NCBI GenBank assembly: GCA_949743895.1
Contig: CATJUX010000044.1
Span: 3,850 to 67,849, forward strand
Direction of reading: 5' to 3'
DNA from: an uncultured Eubacteriales bacterium
GTDB lineage: Bacteria > Bacillota > Clostridia > Lachnospirales > Anaerotignaceae
DNA: 64,000 nt
Positions within the stretch are counted from its first letter, which is position 1, and each line of letters opens with the position of its first letter. This document shows, piece by piece, positions 13,727-23,004 of the stretch. The translations under genes and the position numbers were made by a program. The notes under the pieces were generated by a model. That model made no database searches. It was not told the origin of the DNA and saw only the letters and a list, made by a program, of their open reading frames with translations.

Positions 13727-14395
13727 GTGGCAAGGTTAAATGTTAATCCAACCCGTATGGAAATGAGCCGCCTTAAAAAACAGCTCAAAACCGCCACAAG
13801 AGGCCATAAACTCCTGAAAGACAAATTGGATGAACTCATGAAACAGTTTCTTGACATAGTGAGAGAGAACAAACGTCTTAGAGAGGAAGCCGAAAAGGCC
13901 CTTGACGAGGCATATAAAAGTTTCATTATTGCAAGAGCTGTCATGAGCGAGGAATATTTGGGCGAGGCGCTTATGATGCCAAAGCAGTCGGTTGCCGTTG
14001 ATGTGGCCGAAAAAAATGTAATGAGCGTCAACGTCCCTGTGTTCACATTCAACACATCTGGAAACAAGGGCGATATATATCCTTATGGTTTGTTGTTTAC
14101 ATCAGGAGAACTGGACAGTGCCATGGAAGCGTTTAACAACGCCATGGAACCGCTTTTGCAGCTTGCACAAAGCGAGAAAAGCGCCCAACTTATGGCACAG
14201 GAGATTGAAAAAACAAGAAGAAGGGTTAATGCCCTTGAAAACATTCTCATACCAAACTACGCCGAGACAATCAGGTTTATTTCCCAAAAATTGGAGGAAA
14301 ATGACAGGGCAAACATCACAAGGCTCATGAAAGTTAAAGACATGATTGCCGAAAAAGCCATTGAAGAAAGGCGTAAACGCGACGCTGCTGTTTAG
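13727..14395 (+). CDS. ntpD: V/A-type ATPase subunit D
   Basis: NPTRMEM..LK, RGHKLLKDK, KTRRRVNALE; GTG start after AAGGAG. Confidence 0.96.
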   Translation: MARLNVNPTRMEMSRLKKQLKTATRGHKLLKDKLDELMKQFLDIVRENKRLREEAEKALDEAYKSFIIARAVMSEEYLGEALMMPKQSVAVDVAEKNVMSVNVPVFTFNTSGNKGDIYPYGLLFTSGELDSAMEAFNNAMEPLLQLAQSEKSAQLMAQEIEKTRRRVNALENILIPNYAETIRFISQKLEENDRANITRLMKVKDMIAEKAIEERRKRDAAV

Positions 14396-14455
14396 AAAAA
14401 TTTTCATGAAGCATTGAATGCGTGTCGAATGACAATATTTTTGGTATGGAATTAT

Positions 14456-14495
14456 AAAAAACGCCGTGCTGATTTTTTGGTGCGGCTGTTTTTTT
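14456..14495 (+). terminator. Intrinsic terminator of the V-ATPase operon
   Basis: AAAAAACGCCGTGC...GTGCGGCTGTTTTTT hairpin. Confidence 0.65.
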
Positions 14496-14797
14496 ATAAG
14501 TCAGTTTGGAAACTTGCCGAGGAGCGAGTGAGAGCCATGGCAGCCGGAATTTGTTTTCTGAATGAGAATTCAAGAACATGCCAAAACTCGTTGTCTGCAG
14601 CAGTTTTAATCCAGTTTAAAAAATTATGAATATATATATAGATCAAAGAAAATAATATTTCCCAAAACATATAATTAACTGAAAGCCATATTATATATAA
14701 CTAAATTGGTGAATATAATATTAAAAATTCGGGGCTAAATATAATAAAAAGTTTATATATTTTTTAACAACTTTATATAAAACATGTTTTTACAGCC

Positions 14798-14827
14798 TTG
14801 ACTTTTTACCTTTTGATATGATAGACT
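14798..14827 (+). promoter_or_regulatory. Putative sigma-A promoter of the T-box leader
   Basis: TTGACT-18 bp-TAGACT with an extended TG. Confidence 0.5.
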
Positions 14828-14842
14828 TACAAAATGAATATT

Positions 14843-15090
14843 TAGCAGGCGATGAAAAAGAGAAGTAACCAGAATTATCGTTCACAGTGAGTGAAGAACA
14901 GTGAAAACTTCGCAAAATGAATTTTGGCGAACAACACTTTGGAGCTGCAATCCGAAACCGTTTTGGCATTAGGAAAGCCGTGTGCCGCGCGTTAAGCGGC
15001 GTTGAGGAGAGGCCGCTTGGCGGCAATTCAGGTGGTACCGCGGATCCGTTCCGTCCTGACTTTTGTTTGGACAGCGGGTTTTTGTTTTTT
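14843..15090 (+). ncRNA. T-box riboswitch leader, probable Asn (AAC) specifier
   Basis: GCGATGA..AGAGAAGTA at the stem I base; distal ACAGTGAG / CAGTGAAA motifs; GAA-C-AAC-A-CTTT specifier loop (AAC at 14933-14935); T-box AATTCAGGTGGTACCGCG at 15025-15042; terminator with T tract to about 15090. Confidence 0.9.
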
Positions 15091-15283
15091 TAAATATATT
15101 TTCTTTTTGAATGTGCGGCCGAACAGAAAAGATGTTTGGCGATGTTTGCTGCTGTTGATTTTATTAAGCAAAAATTCGGCGGCGCTTAGAACTAAATTAT
15201 CTCATTTGCCTGCGGCAATGCCAAACAGTTTTTAAGCTTCAATGGGCTTGGCTTGTTTTGATAAACATGAAAGGGAGAGTTTT

Positions 15284-17035
15284 ATGGAAGTGTCAAACAT
15301 TTACAGATCAAAAACTATCGACAAAATATCCGAAAATGATATTGGACAAAATTTGAAAGCTTCTGGCTGGGTTGAAAACATACGCGATCATGGCGGAGTT
15401 TCTTTCATTGACTTGAGAGATATGTATGGAGTTTTGCAGGTTGTTTTGCGCAACACAAGTCTCCTTGAAGGCATAAACAAAGAGGACTGCATTTGTGTTG
15501 AAGGAAAAATTGATCGCCGTGACGAAGAAACATATAACCCGAAAATACCTTCGGGAACAATTGAGCTTGATGCACAAAAGATTGACATACTTGGGAAGGT
15601 TTATAAACAGTTGCCGTTCGAGATTGTGACATCAAAGGAAATTCGTGAGGACTTGCGCCTCAAATATCGCTATCTTGACATGAGAAACAGAAAAGTTAAA
15701 GACAACATTGTTTTCCGTTCAAAAGTCATCAGCTTTCTTAGAGAAAAAATGACAGAAATGGGATTTTTGGAGATACAAACGCCAATATTGTGTGCCTCAT
15801 CGCCTGAAGGAGCAAGGGACTATATTGTTCCGTCAAGAAAGTTCAAAGGGAAATTTTATGCATTGCCTCAGGCTCCACAACAATATAAGCAGCTGCTTAT
15901 GGTTTCTGGAATTGACAAATATTTTCAGATTGCGCCGTGTTTCAGAGATGAAGACGCCCGTGCAGACCGTTCCCCAGGCGAATTTTATCAGCTTGATTTT
16001 GAGATGAGCTTTGCCACACAGGAAGATGTTTTTCGTGCCGGAGAAGAAGTTTTGACAGAAACATTCAAAAAATTTGCGCCTGAAGGATTTTTTGTGACTG
16101 AAGGGCCATATCCTGTTATAAGCTATAAACAAGCAATGCTTGAATTTGGAACAGATAAGCCGGATTTGAGAAACCCTCTCAGAATAGTTGATGTCACTGA
16201 ATTTTTCCAGCGGTGCACATTTAAGCCGTTCCATGGAAAAACTGTGCGCGCCATAAAGGTTCACGCTGACATGTCAAAAGGCTTTCATGAAAAGCTTTTG
16301 AAGTTTGCAACGTCAATTGGAATGGGGGGTTTGGGCTATCTTGAAGTTAAAGAAAAAATGAGCTATAAAGGGCCAATTGACAAATTCATTCCTGATGAAA
16401 TGAAAGGCGAAATTGCCGACTTGGCGGGCCTTGCCGAGGGCGACACAATTTTCTTCATTGCAGACAAGGAAGAAAGGGCAGCAGATTTTGCCGGACAGCT
16501 TAGAAACGAATTGGGACAGCGCCTTGATATATGCGAAAAAAATGCATATCGCTTCTGCTTTGTGAATGATTTTCCTATGTATGAATATGACAAAGAGGAA
16601 AAGAAAATTATATTCACTCACAATCCTTTCTCAATGCCGCAGGGAGGTTTGGAGGCGCTTAACAACAAAAATCCACTTGACATACTTGCATATCAATATG
16701 ACATTGTGTGCAATGGCATAGAGCTTTCATCAGGCGCTGTCAGAAATCACAATCTTGATGTTATGGTCAAAGCTTTTGAGATAGCAGGCTACAGCGAAGC
16801 TGATCTTCAGGAAAAATTTGGAGCGCTCTATAACGCATTTCAATATGGCGCGCCGCCTCATGCTGGCATGGCACCTGGAGTTGACAGAATGATTATGCTT
16901 TTGAGAAATGAGGAGAATATCCGTGAAATCATACCGTTCCCAATGAACGGCAATGCTCAGGATCTTATGTGCGGAGCTCCTTCTGAAGTTACAGAACACC
17001 AGCTTAGAGAAGTTCACATAAAGGTTAGACAATAA
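15284..17035 (+). CDS. aspS: Aspartate--tRNA ligase, second copy, probably non-discriminating (Asp/Asn)
   Basis: OB fold (GWVENIRDHGG), PEGARDY, FRDEDARADRSPGEFYQLDFE, PPHAGMAPGVDR; SD AAAGGGAG. Confidence 0.95.
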   Translation: MEVSNIYRSKTIDKISENDIGQNLKASGWVENIRDHGGVSFIDLRDMYGVLQVVLRNTSLLEGINKEDCICVEGKIDRRDEETYNPKIPSGTIELDAQKIDILGKVYKQLPFEIVTSKEIREDLRLKYRYLDMRNRKVKDNIVFRSKVISFLREKMTEMGFLEIQTPILCASSPEGARDYIVPSRKFKGKFYALPQAPQQYKQLLMVSGIDKYFQIAPCFRDEDARADRSPGEFYQLDFEMSFATQEDVFRAGEEVLTETFKKFAPEGFFVTEGPYPVISYKQAMLEFGTDKPDLRNPLRIVDVTEFFQRCTFKPFHGKTVRAIKVHADMSKGFHEKLLKFATSIGMGGLGYLEVKEKMSYKGPIDKFIPDEMKGEIADLAGLAEGDTIFFIADKEERAADFAGQLRNELGQRLDICEKNAYRFCFVNDFPMYEYDKEEKKIIFTHNPFSMPQGGLEALNNKNPLDILAYQYDIVCNGIELSSGAVRNHNLDVMVKAFEIAGYSEADLQEKFGALYNAFQYGAPPHAGMAPGVDRMIMLLRNEENIREIIPFPMNGNAQDLMCGAPSEVTEHQLREVHIKVRQ

Positions 17036-17057
17036 CAGGCTTTCGCAAAGCAACAAG

Positions 17058-17100
17058 AAACGTCATGGCAAATGATTTTTGAAAATGCCATGGCGTTTTT
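17058..17100 (+). terminator. Intrinsic terminator after the T-box-regulated aspS
   Basis: AAACGTCATGGCA / TGCCATGGCGTTTTT. Confidence 0.65.
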
Positions 17101-17248
17101 ATTGTGTTGTGGAATGCCCTAAATTTATACATTTTTAGCGAACAAAAAACTCCTGATAATATAGGAACAGGAGCTTTTGTTTGATGAATTTTGAAAATTT
17201 GGCGAGTGTTGGTTTTCAAAATTTCGTTTCAAATGATTTTGATTCAAA

Positions 17249-18361
17249 TTATTCTATTGTGAAGTCGACTTTTTTCTTTTTGTCATCTTCAGAATCGGAG
17301 CTGCTGTTTTCGTCAACAGGTGTTTCAATTCCGTTCAATGTGTTAAGTCTTTCTTGTATTGTGTTGAGATATTTTTCCGCATCATGAGTGCCTCTCATGG
17401 TTTCGCCAACAATATGGCCATCGGAATCCACAAAAACTGTTGCTGGTATGGCCTCAAGGTTTGCCTGAACCCATGAACCAAGGGTTTGATCCATAACTAT
17501 GGTCAATATGTCATTTGCTTTGGCGTCTTCTTTAGCTTTCAAAGCTTTTTCGTTGGTTTCTTCACTGGGAGCGTCAATGACAGCCTCAATTATATTCACA
17601 GGAAGACGTTCTGCATTTACCATTTCATATGTCTTTTGAAGTGTGGCAAACTCGTCAAAGTCGGGGTATGTGTATGTTCCGCCAAAATGAACCATTGTTA
17701 GGTCATATGATGCAAATATAGAACTGTCAACGGGCGCTCCCTCAAGTGTGGAAGTCACAAATGTTATATATGAGTTGAGTTCATTTGTGCGTTCTTCCAA
17801 TGTTTTGTCATCAAAACTTCTTGTGGAAATGCTTTCTTTGAGTTTTGGTATCGTTCCAACAATTTTGTTATAATTTTCAATGTCTTTTCCGCTCAAATCT
17901 TTTTCAGCTATAGTGGAGTCCCAAAGCAGATAATATGAATATTCACCCTGAACACCAACATTCTCGGAGTTTTTGAAAAAATTGATTGTTTCGTCAAGCT
18001 TTCCTTCGTTGATAACTGATGTTTTGGCCAGAAGTATCTCACATATTGGAGTTATCACAGAATAGGTATTTATGGAAGGGTTGTTGTTGAGTTTTTCAAT
18101 TCCTTCATCGTTTATATAGCCATAAACTATTTCGGCAAATGAATTGTCGTCACGCACGGTGAGGGGATATATGTTTGTTTCCTTAAACTCGTTCCATTCA
18201 TCGGGGATTTTATAGCTTAGGCCAATTTCGTCAATTGAAATGTCATTTTCACTGGCTTCAGATGAAGAATTCTCAGAAGAATTATCTTGGGTTTTGCCAC
18301 AGCCTGACAAAATTCCAAAGGCCATGGCAACACATAATATGACAGGTAGAAATTTTTTCAT
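17249..18361 (-). CDS. Lipoprotein with C-terminal TlpA/thioredoxin-like domain lacking CXXC
   Basis: Lipobox ILSGC; Ser-rich linker; C-terminal DLTMVHF..., IPATVFVDSDGHIVG resemble TlpA-family strands. Confidence 0.7.
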   Translation of the reverse strand: MKKFLPVILCVAMAFGILSGCGKTQDNSSENSSSEASENDISIDEIGLSYKIPDEWNEFKETNIYPLTVRDDNSFAEIVYGYINDEGIEKLNNNPSINTYSVITPICEILLAKTSVINEGKLDETINFFKNSENVGVQGEYSYYLLWDSTIAEKDLSGKDIENYNKIVGTIPKLKESISTRSFDDKTLEERTNELNSYITFVTSTLEGAPVDSSIFASYDLTMVHFGGTYTYPDFDEFATLQKTYEMVNAERLPVNIIEAVIDAPSEETNEKALKAKEDAKANDILTIVMDQTLGSWVQANLEAIPATVFVDSDGHIVGETMRGTHDAEKYLNTIQERLNTLNGIETPVDENSSSDSEDDKKKKVDFTIE

Positions 18362-18484
18362 GGTTATTAAAAGCCTCCTATTTTTTAATAAACTTTAGTA
18401 TATATTAAACAAGCGTTTCTTGCAACAGCCATATTGAATATTTTGGCCCGTACAGCATAGAAATATTTAGAGGTGGTGCGGATT

Positions 18485-18793
18485 ATGGAAAAAAGTTTTT
18501 CAAAAATGCCTAAAAGGCGTGCTAACTGTTATAGAACACGGCGCCCGATGAAGGCTGAACCAGAAAATTCAAAAAGCGAAGGTTTTATGATGAGAGTATA
18601 TGTGTGTGTGATACTTGTGGTGGCATGTTTGGCAATGTCCAAAATGGAAAATGAAAAAGCGGCCGAATTCAAAGGAAGGCTGAGGAATGCTCTTTCTGAA
18701 AGCATAACGGTTGAGGAGGCGCGTCAAATTGGACAGATGTGTGCTGAAAAAATTGTTGAGCTGAAAAATGACGCTGAAAAGGCAAATAAATAG
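18485..18793 (+). CDS. Small hypothetical membrane protein
   Basis: SD GAGGTG; basic N-terminus; one hydrophobic segment (VYVCVILVVACLAM). Confidence 0.6.
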   Translation: MEKSFSKMPKRRANCYRTRRPMKAEPENSKSEGFMMRVYVCVILVVACLAMSKMENEKAAEFKGRLRNALSESITVEEARQIGQMCAEKIVELKNDAEKANK

Positions 18794-18932
18794 AGCAATA
18801 TACAAATGTTTGTGGTATACTGTATATTGATATTTAAGGTGGCACATGTTGGTTTGCCGCCACAATGATTTTTGGCATTTGTTTTTTGCTGGCACGAGTG
18901 CGGCAGAATGCTGTTGCGGAGGATAAATTTTT

Positions 18933-20783
18933 ATGAAAAATGCTTTATCAGATGAAATACTTTTGAAAGTTGAAAAACCGGCGAGATATGTGGGGAACGA
19001 AATTAACATGGTTGTTAAAAATTTGGAGGACATTTCTGTCAGGTTTGCGTTCTGTTTCCCCGATGTATATGAAGTTGGAATGAGTCATCTTGGTCTTCAG
19101 ATACTTTACTATTTTCTGAACAGGAGAAAAGACACATATTGCGAGAGAGTGTTTGCGCCATGGACAGATCTTGAAGTTCATATGCGCGAAAAAAACATTC
19201 CGCTTTTTGCGCTTGAAAGCCAGCAAAGCATTAAGGATTTTGATTTTGTTGGTTTCACTCTCCAATATGAACTTTGTTATACAAATGTTATAAACATGCT
19301 TGATTTGGCCGGGATACCAATTTTTTCGAAAGACAGAAAAGACGGCGATCCAATTATAATATGCGGCGGAAGCTGTGCATATAATCCAGAGCCTTTGGCC
19401 GATTTTGTTGACGTTTTTTATATGGGTGAAGGCGAGGTTTTGTATGACGAGATCATTGAGATATATAAAGCCAACAAGCTTTCAGGGGGAAGCAGAGATG
19501 AGTTTCTTGAAAAGATTTTGGAGCTTGACGGGCTTTATATACCTAAATATTATGACGTGAGCTATGACGGGACAGGTGTCATTTCATCATTTGGGCCAAA
19601 CAGCCCAAAAGCGCGCAAAGTTATAAAAAAGGTCATAGTCAATGACATGGACAGTGTTTTTTATCCCGAAAAACAGCTTGTGCCGCTTATAGAAGTTGTT
19701 CATGACAGAGTGACACTTGAGCTTTTCAGAGGCTGCATAAGAGGCTGCCGGTTTTGTCAGGCCGGATTCATATATCGCCCTGTGAGAGAAAAAAGGGCTG
19801 AAACACTGTTAAAACAAGCTGAAGAGCTTGTGAAAAATTCGGGACATGACGAAATTTCGCTCATATCGCTTAGCACAAGTGATTACACATGTTTTCCGCG
19901 TCTTGCAGAAGGGCTCATTGATGAATTCAGCAAAAAGTCGGTCAACATATCATTGCCGTCGCTTAGGATAGATTCATTTTCTTTGGAACTTATGAAAAAA
20001 ATACAGGAGGTTCGCAAAAGCAGCCTTACATTTGCTGCCGAGGCCGGAACACAGCGTTTGAGAAATGTCATAAACAAAAATCTGACTGAAGATGACATTT
20101 TGAAAGGCTGCAAATTGGCTTTTGACGGCGGCTGGGAAAAAGTGAAGCTATATTTTATGCTTGGCCTTCCAACTGAAACTGAAGAAGACCTGAAGGGAAT
20201 AGGAGAATTGACAGACAAAATTGTGGAGAAATATTTTGAGATACCCAAAGAACAAAGACAGCGCCCTGTCACAGTGAACGCAAGCGCTTCGTGCTTTGTT
20301 CCAAAACCATTCACACCGTTTCAATGGGATTCTCAGGACACATATGAGCAGTTTGGTGAAAAAGCAAAAATTGCCAAAGACAGCGTGAAAAGGAAACAAG
20401 TTCGCTTCACATATCACAACACAAAAATGAGCTCTTTGGAAGGCGTCATGGCACGCGGTGACAGGCGGCTTGGACAAGCCATTTACAAAGCATGGGAAAA
20501 CGGCTGCCGCTATGACGGCTGGACAGACAAGTTCTTTTGGGAAGGCTGGGTGAAAGCGTTTGAAGACAGTGGAATTGATCCCGCTTTCTATGCCAACAGA
20601 AAAAGAGAATATGACGAAATATTGCCATGGGATCACATTGACGTTGGTGTCAGCCGCAAATTTCTTGTGGAAGAAAGAGAAAGAGCGGCAAGTGGCACCA
20701 CAACACCAAACTGCCGCGAGAAATGCTCTGGCTGCGGCGCGGCTTCTTTTGGAGGAGGTGTTTGTTTTGAACACAGCATATAG
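18933..20783 (+). CDS. TIGR03960-family B12-binding radical SAM protein
   Basis: VEKPARYVGNE, FPDVYEVGMSHLG, CIRGCRFC (CxxxCxxC), C-terminal CREKCSGCG. Confidence 0.92.
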   Translation: MKNALSDEILLKVEKPARYVGNEINMVVKNLEDISVRFAFCFPDVYEVGMSHLGLQILYYFLNRRKDTYCERVFAPWTDLEVHMREKNIPLFALESQQSIKDFDFVGFTLQYELCYTNVINMLDLAGIPIFSKDRKDGDPIIICGGSCAYNPEPLADFVDVFYMGEGEVLYDEIIEIYKANKLSGGSRDEFLEKILELDGLYIPKYYDVSYDGTGVISSFGPNSPKARKVIKKVIVNDMDSVFYPEKQLVPLIEVVHDRVTLELFRGCIRGCRFCQAGFIYRPVREKRAETLLKQAEELVKNSGHDEISLISLSTSDYTCFPRLAEGLIDEFSKKSVNISLPSLRIDSFSLELMKKIQEVRKSSLTFAAEAGTQRLRNVINKNLTEDDILKGCKLAFDGGWEKVKLYFMLGLPTETEEDLKGIGELTDKIVEKYFEIPKEQRQRPVTVNASASCFVPKPFTPFQWDSQDTYEQFGEKAKIAKDSVKRKQVRFTYHNTKMSSLEGVMARGDRRLGQAIYKAWENGCRYDGWTDKFFWEGWVKAFEDSGIDPAFYANRKREYDEILPWDHIDVGVSRKFLVEERERAASGTTTPNCREKCSGCGAASFGGGVCFEHSI

Positions 20784-21456
20784 ATTTAAGTTTTCAAAGG
20801 GTGACGGCGTGAAGTTTATAGGTCATTTGGATGTCATGAAGGTTTTTCAGCGGGCAATGAAAAGAGCCGGGCTTCCAATTGCATATTCTCAGGGCTTCAA
20901 TCCTCATCAGCTTTTGGCGTTTGCGGCTCCTTTGCCTTTGGGATATACAAGTGATGGGGAATATGGCGATTTCAGACTCACTGAAGAAGTTTCAGCAAAT
21001 GAAGTTGTTGAAAAATTGAATGCTGCTCTTCCGCGGGACATGGCTGTGACAAAAGTTATAACGCTTAAGGAAGGAGCCAAAAACACAATGGCAAGTCTTT
21101 GCGCGGCGGAATATATGGCATGCTTCAATGGCCTTGTTTCAGACATGGACATTGAACGTGAAATTGAAAATTTTTTGAAGAAAGATGAAATATTTGTTAT
21201 GAAAAAAACAAAAAAAGGCATAAAAGAAACGGACATAAAGCCGGATATAATAAAACTTTGGAAAATTGAAGGCGGAATTGGAATGGTTGTCAGCGCCGGA
21301 AGCATTAGAAACATAAAGCCAGAAAGCGTTGCAGAGGGGTTTTCCAGCCATATTGAAAAAGAATTTGACAAATATAAAATGACGTTCAAGAGGGTGGACA
21401 TGTTCATGAATGACGGAAATGCGCTTGTTCCTCTTATGAAAGGTGTGGAAAGATGA
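20767..21456 (+). CDS. TIGR03936-family radical SAM-associated protein (DUF2344)
   Basis: YRFKFSK..VKFIGHLD, AYSQGFNPH; TTG start after GGAGGAGGTG. Confidence 0.9.
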   Translation: MNTAYRFKFSKGDGVKFIGHLDVMKVFQRAMKRAGLPIAYSQGFNPHQLLAFAAPLPLGYTSDGEYGDFRLTEEVSANEVVEKLNAALPRDMAVTKVITLKEGAKNTMASLCAAEYMACFNGLVSDMDIEREIENFLKKDEIFVMKKTKKGIKETDIKPDIIKLWKIEGGIGMVVSAGSIRNIKPESVAEGFSSHIEKEFDKYKMTFKRVDMFMNDGNALVPLMKGVER

Positions 21457-22859
21457 AAAGAATTCTTGTTGACTCATCAAATCTTCACACAAAAGTTGGG
21501 TATGTCGAAAATGGCGAGCTGATTGAATTTGTGTATGAAAGTGAATGTGAAAAAAGTTTAGTGGGGAATATTTATGCAGGAAGAGTGACTTCTGTTCACA
21601 AAGGAATGCAGGCATGTTTCATTGACATTGGGCAGAAAAAAAGTGCTTATATGACCATTTCTAATAACAGCAGCGTAAAAACAGGTTCACAAATCATTGT
21701 TCAGGTGCAGAAAGATGCTTCTGGTGCAAAGGGTGCGGGCGTCACCGACAAAATTTCATTCCCTGGGAAATTTGTTGTTCTCATACCCAATGATGGCGGC
21801 AACATTGGCGTGTCCAACAAAATAAACGGGGCTGAAGAAAGAGAAAGAATAAGAGAAATTGCCTCAAAAGCTGTGCCCGAAGGATATGGAATGATTGTGC
21901 GCACTGAGGGCGAGGGAAAAACATTTGATGAGTTCAAAGAAGAAAGCGAATGCCTTAAAAAGCTGTGCGAAACTGTGCTGAACTCGGGGAGATATATAAA
22001 GGCGCCAGCACTTTTGCACAGCGAGGGAAGCGCCGCAGTCAAGGCAGCGCGAGATCTTTTTGGAGATGATGTTGACGAGATCGTGCTTAATGATGTTGAA
22101 GAATATAACGCTGTTAAAAATGGAACTCATAACCGGCCTGAAAGAGTTGTTTTTTATGACAGCCCTGTGCCCATGTTTGAAAACTATTTTGTTCAAAGTC
22201 AGGCTGACAAGATATTTGGCAAAAAAGTTTGGCTCAAAAGCGGCGGCTTCATTATCATAGAACAAACGGAAGCATGTGTTGTGATAGATGTTAACACTGG
22301 AAAATATACAGGCAAAAGAGATTTTCAGGAAACAATTTTGAAAACGAACATTGAGGCCGCTGCTGAAATAGCAAAACAGCTGCGGCTTAGAAACCTTTCA
22401 GGAATGATTATTGTTGACTTCATAGACATGAAGCATGATGAAAACAAAAAGATTTTGCGCGCCGCGTTGGAGCGTGCTGTCAGAAAGGACAGAATAAAAA
22501 CAACGGTTGTTGGCCTCACCGAACTTGGGCTCATGCAGATCACAAGAAAGAAAACAAGTGTTCCTGTTGCGGCAAAAATTATGGAAGAATGCCGTTTTTG
22601 CCATGGGCACGGAAGTGTTCCGGCCACTGCATATATTGCAGGCGAAATGCGCCGCCGTGCTTCAGCTGTTCTTTCGCAGACAATTTATAATAAAGTCACG
22701 GTTTTTGCAAACAAAAAGCTTCTTTGCGCATTTGCTGGTGAAAATGACGTTTTTTTGAATGAATTGGAAAAAAAGCACTCTGCCAAAGTTGTCATGGAAG
22801 AAAAAGAAATGCTGTCTGAACATTTTGAAGTTAAAGGTGAAAAAGACGAAAAAATTTAG
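21453..22859 (+). CDS. Rne/Rng-family ribonuclease
   Basis: S1 domain (GNIYAGRV..GMQACFIDIG), VIDVNTGK, LRNLSGMIIVDFIDM, CRFCHGHG. Confidence 0.93.
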   Translation: MKRILVDSSNLHTKVGYVENGELIEFVYESECEKSLVGNIYAGRVTSVHKGMQACFIDIGQKKSAYMTISNNSSVKTGSQIIVQVQKDASGAKGAGVTDKISFPGKFVVLIPNDGGNIGVSNKINGAEERERIREIASKAVPEGYGMIVRTEGEGKTFDEFKEESECLKKLCETVLNSGRYIKAPALLHSEGSAAVKAARDLFGDDVDEIVLNDVEEYNAVKNGTHNRPERVVFYDSPVPMFENYFVQSQADKIFGKKVWLKSGGFIIIEQTEACVVIDVNTGKYTGKRDFQETILKTNIEAAAEIAKQLRLRNLSGMIIVDFIDMKHDENKKILRAALERAVRKDRIKTTVVGLTELGLMQITRKKTSVPVAAKIMEECRFCHGHGSVPATAYIAGEMRRRASAVLSQTIYNKVTVFANKKLLCAFAGENDVFLNELEKKHSAKVVMEEKEMLSEHFEVKGEKDEKI

Positions 22860-22914
22860 CGCCATATCTATATGCATGAGCCATGCTTGAGAAAACGTCA
22901 GAAACCGCCTTTTC

Positions 22915-22943
22915 TTGACTTTTATAGTGGTCTATATTAAAAT
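22915..22943 (+). promoter_or_regulatory. Putative sigma-A promoter of purMND
   Basis: TTGACT-17 bp-TAAAAT. Confidence 0.6.
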
Positions 22944-23004
22944 AAATCAAGATAAAATTTGATAAATTATAACGATTTTCTTCAAAACTGAGGGGGAAGT
23001 GTAA

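Noticed and set aside
22860-23004. Purine or ZTP riboswitch, or PurR box, upstream of purM
   Set aside because: The leader after the promoter is about 55 nt and AT-rich, with no riboswitch core motifs or PurBox.
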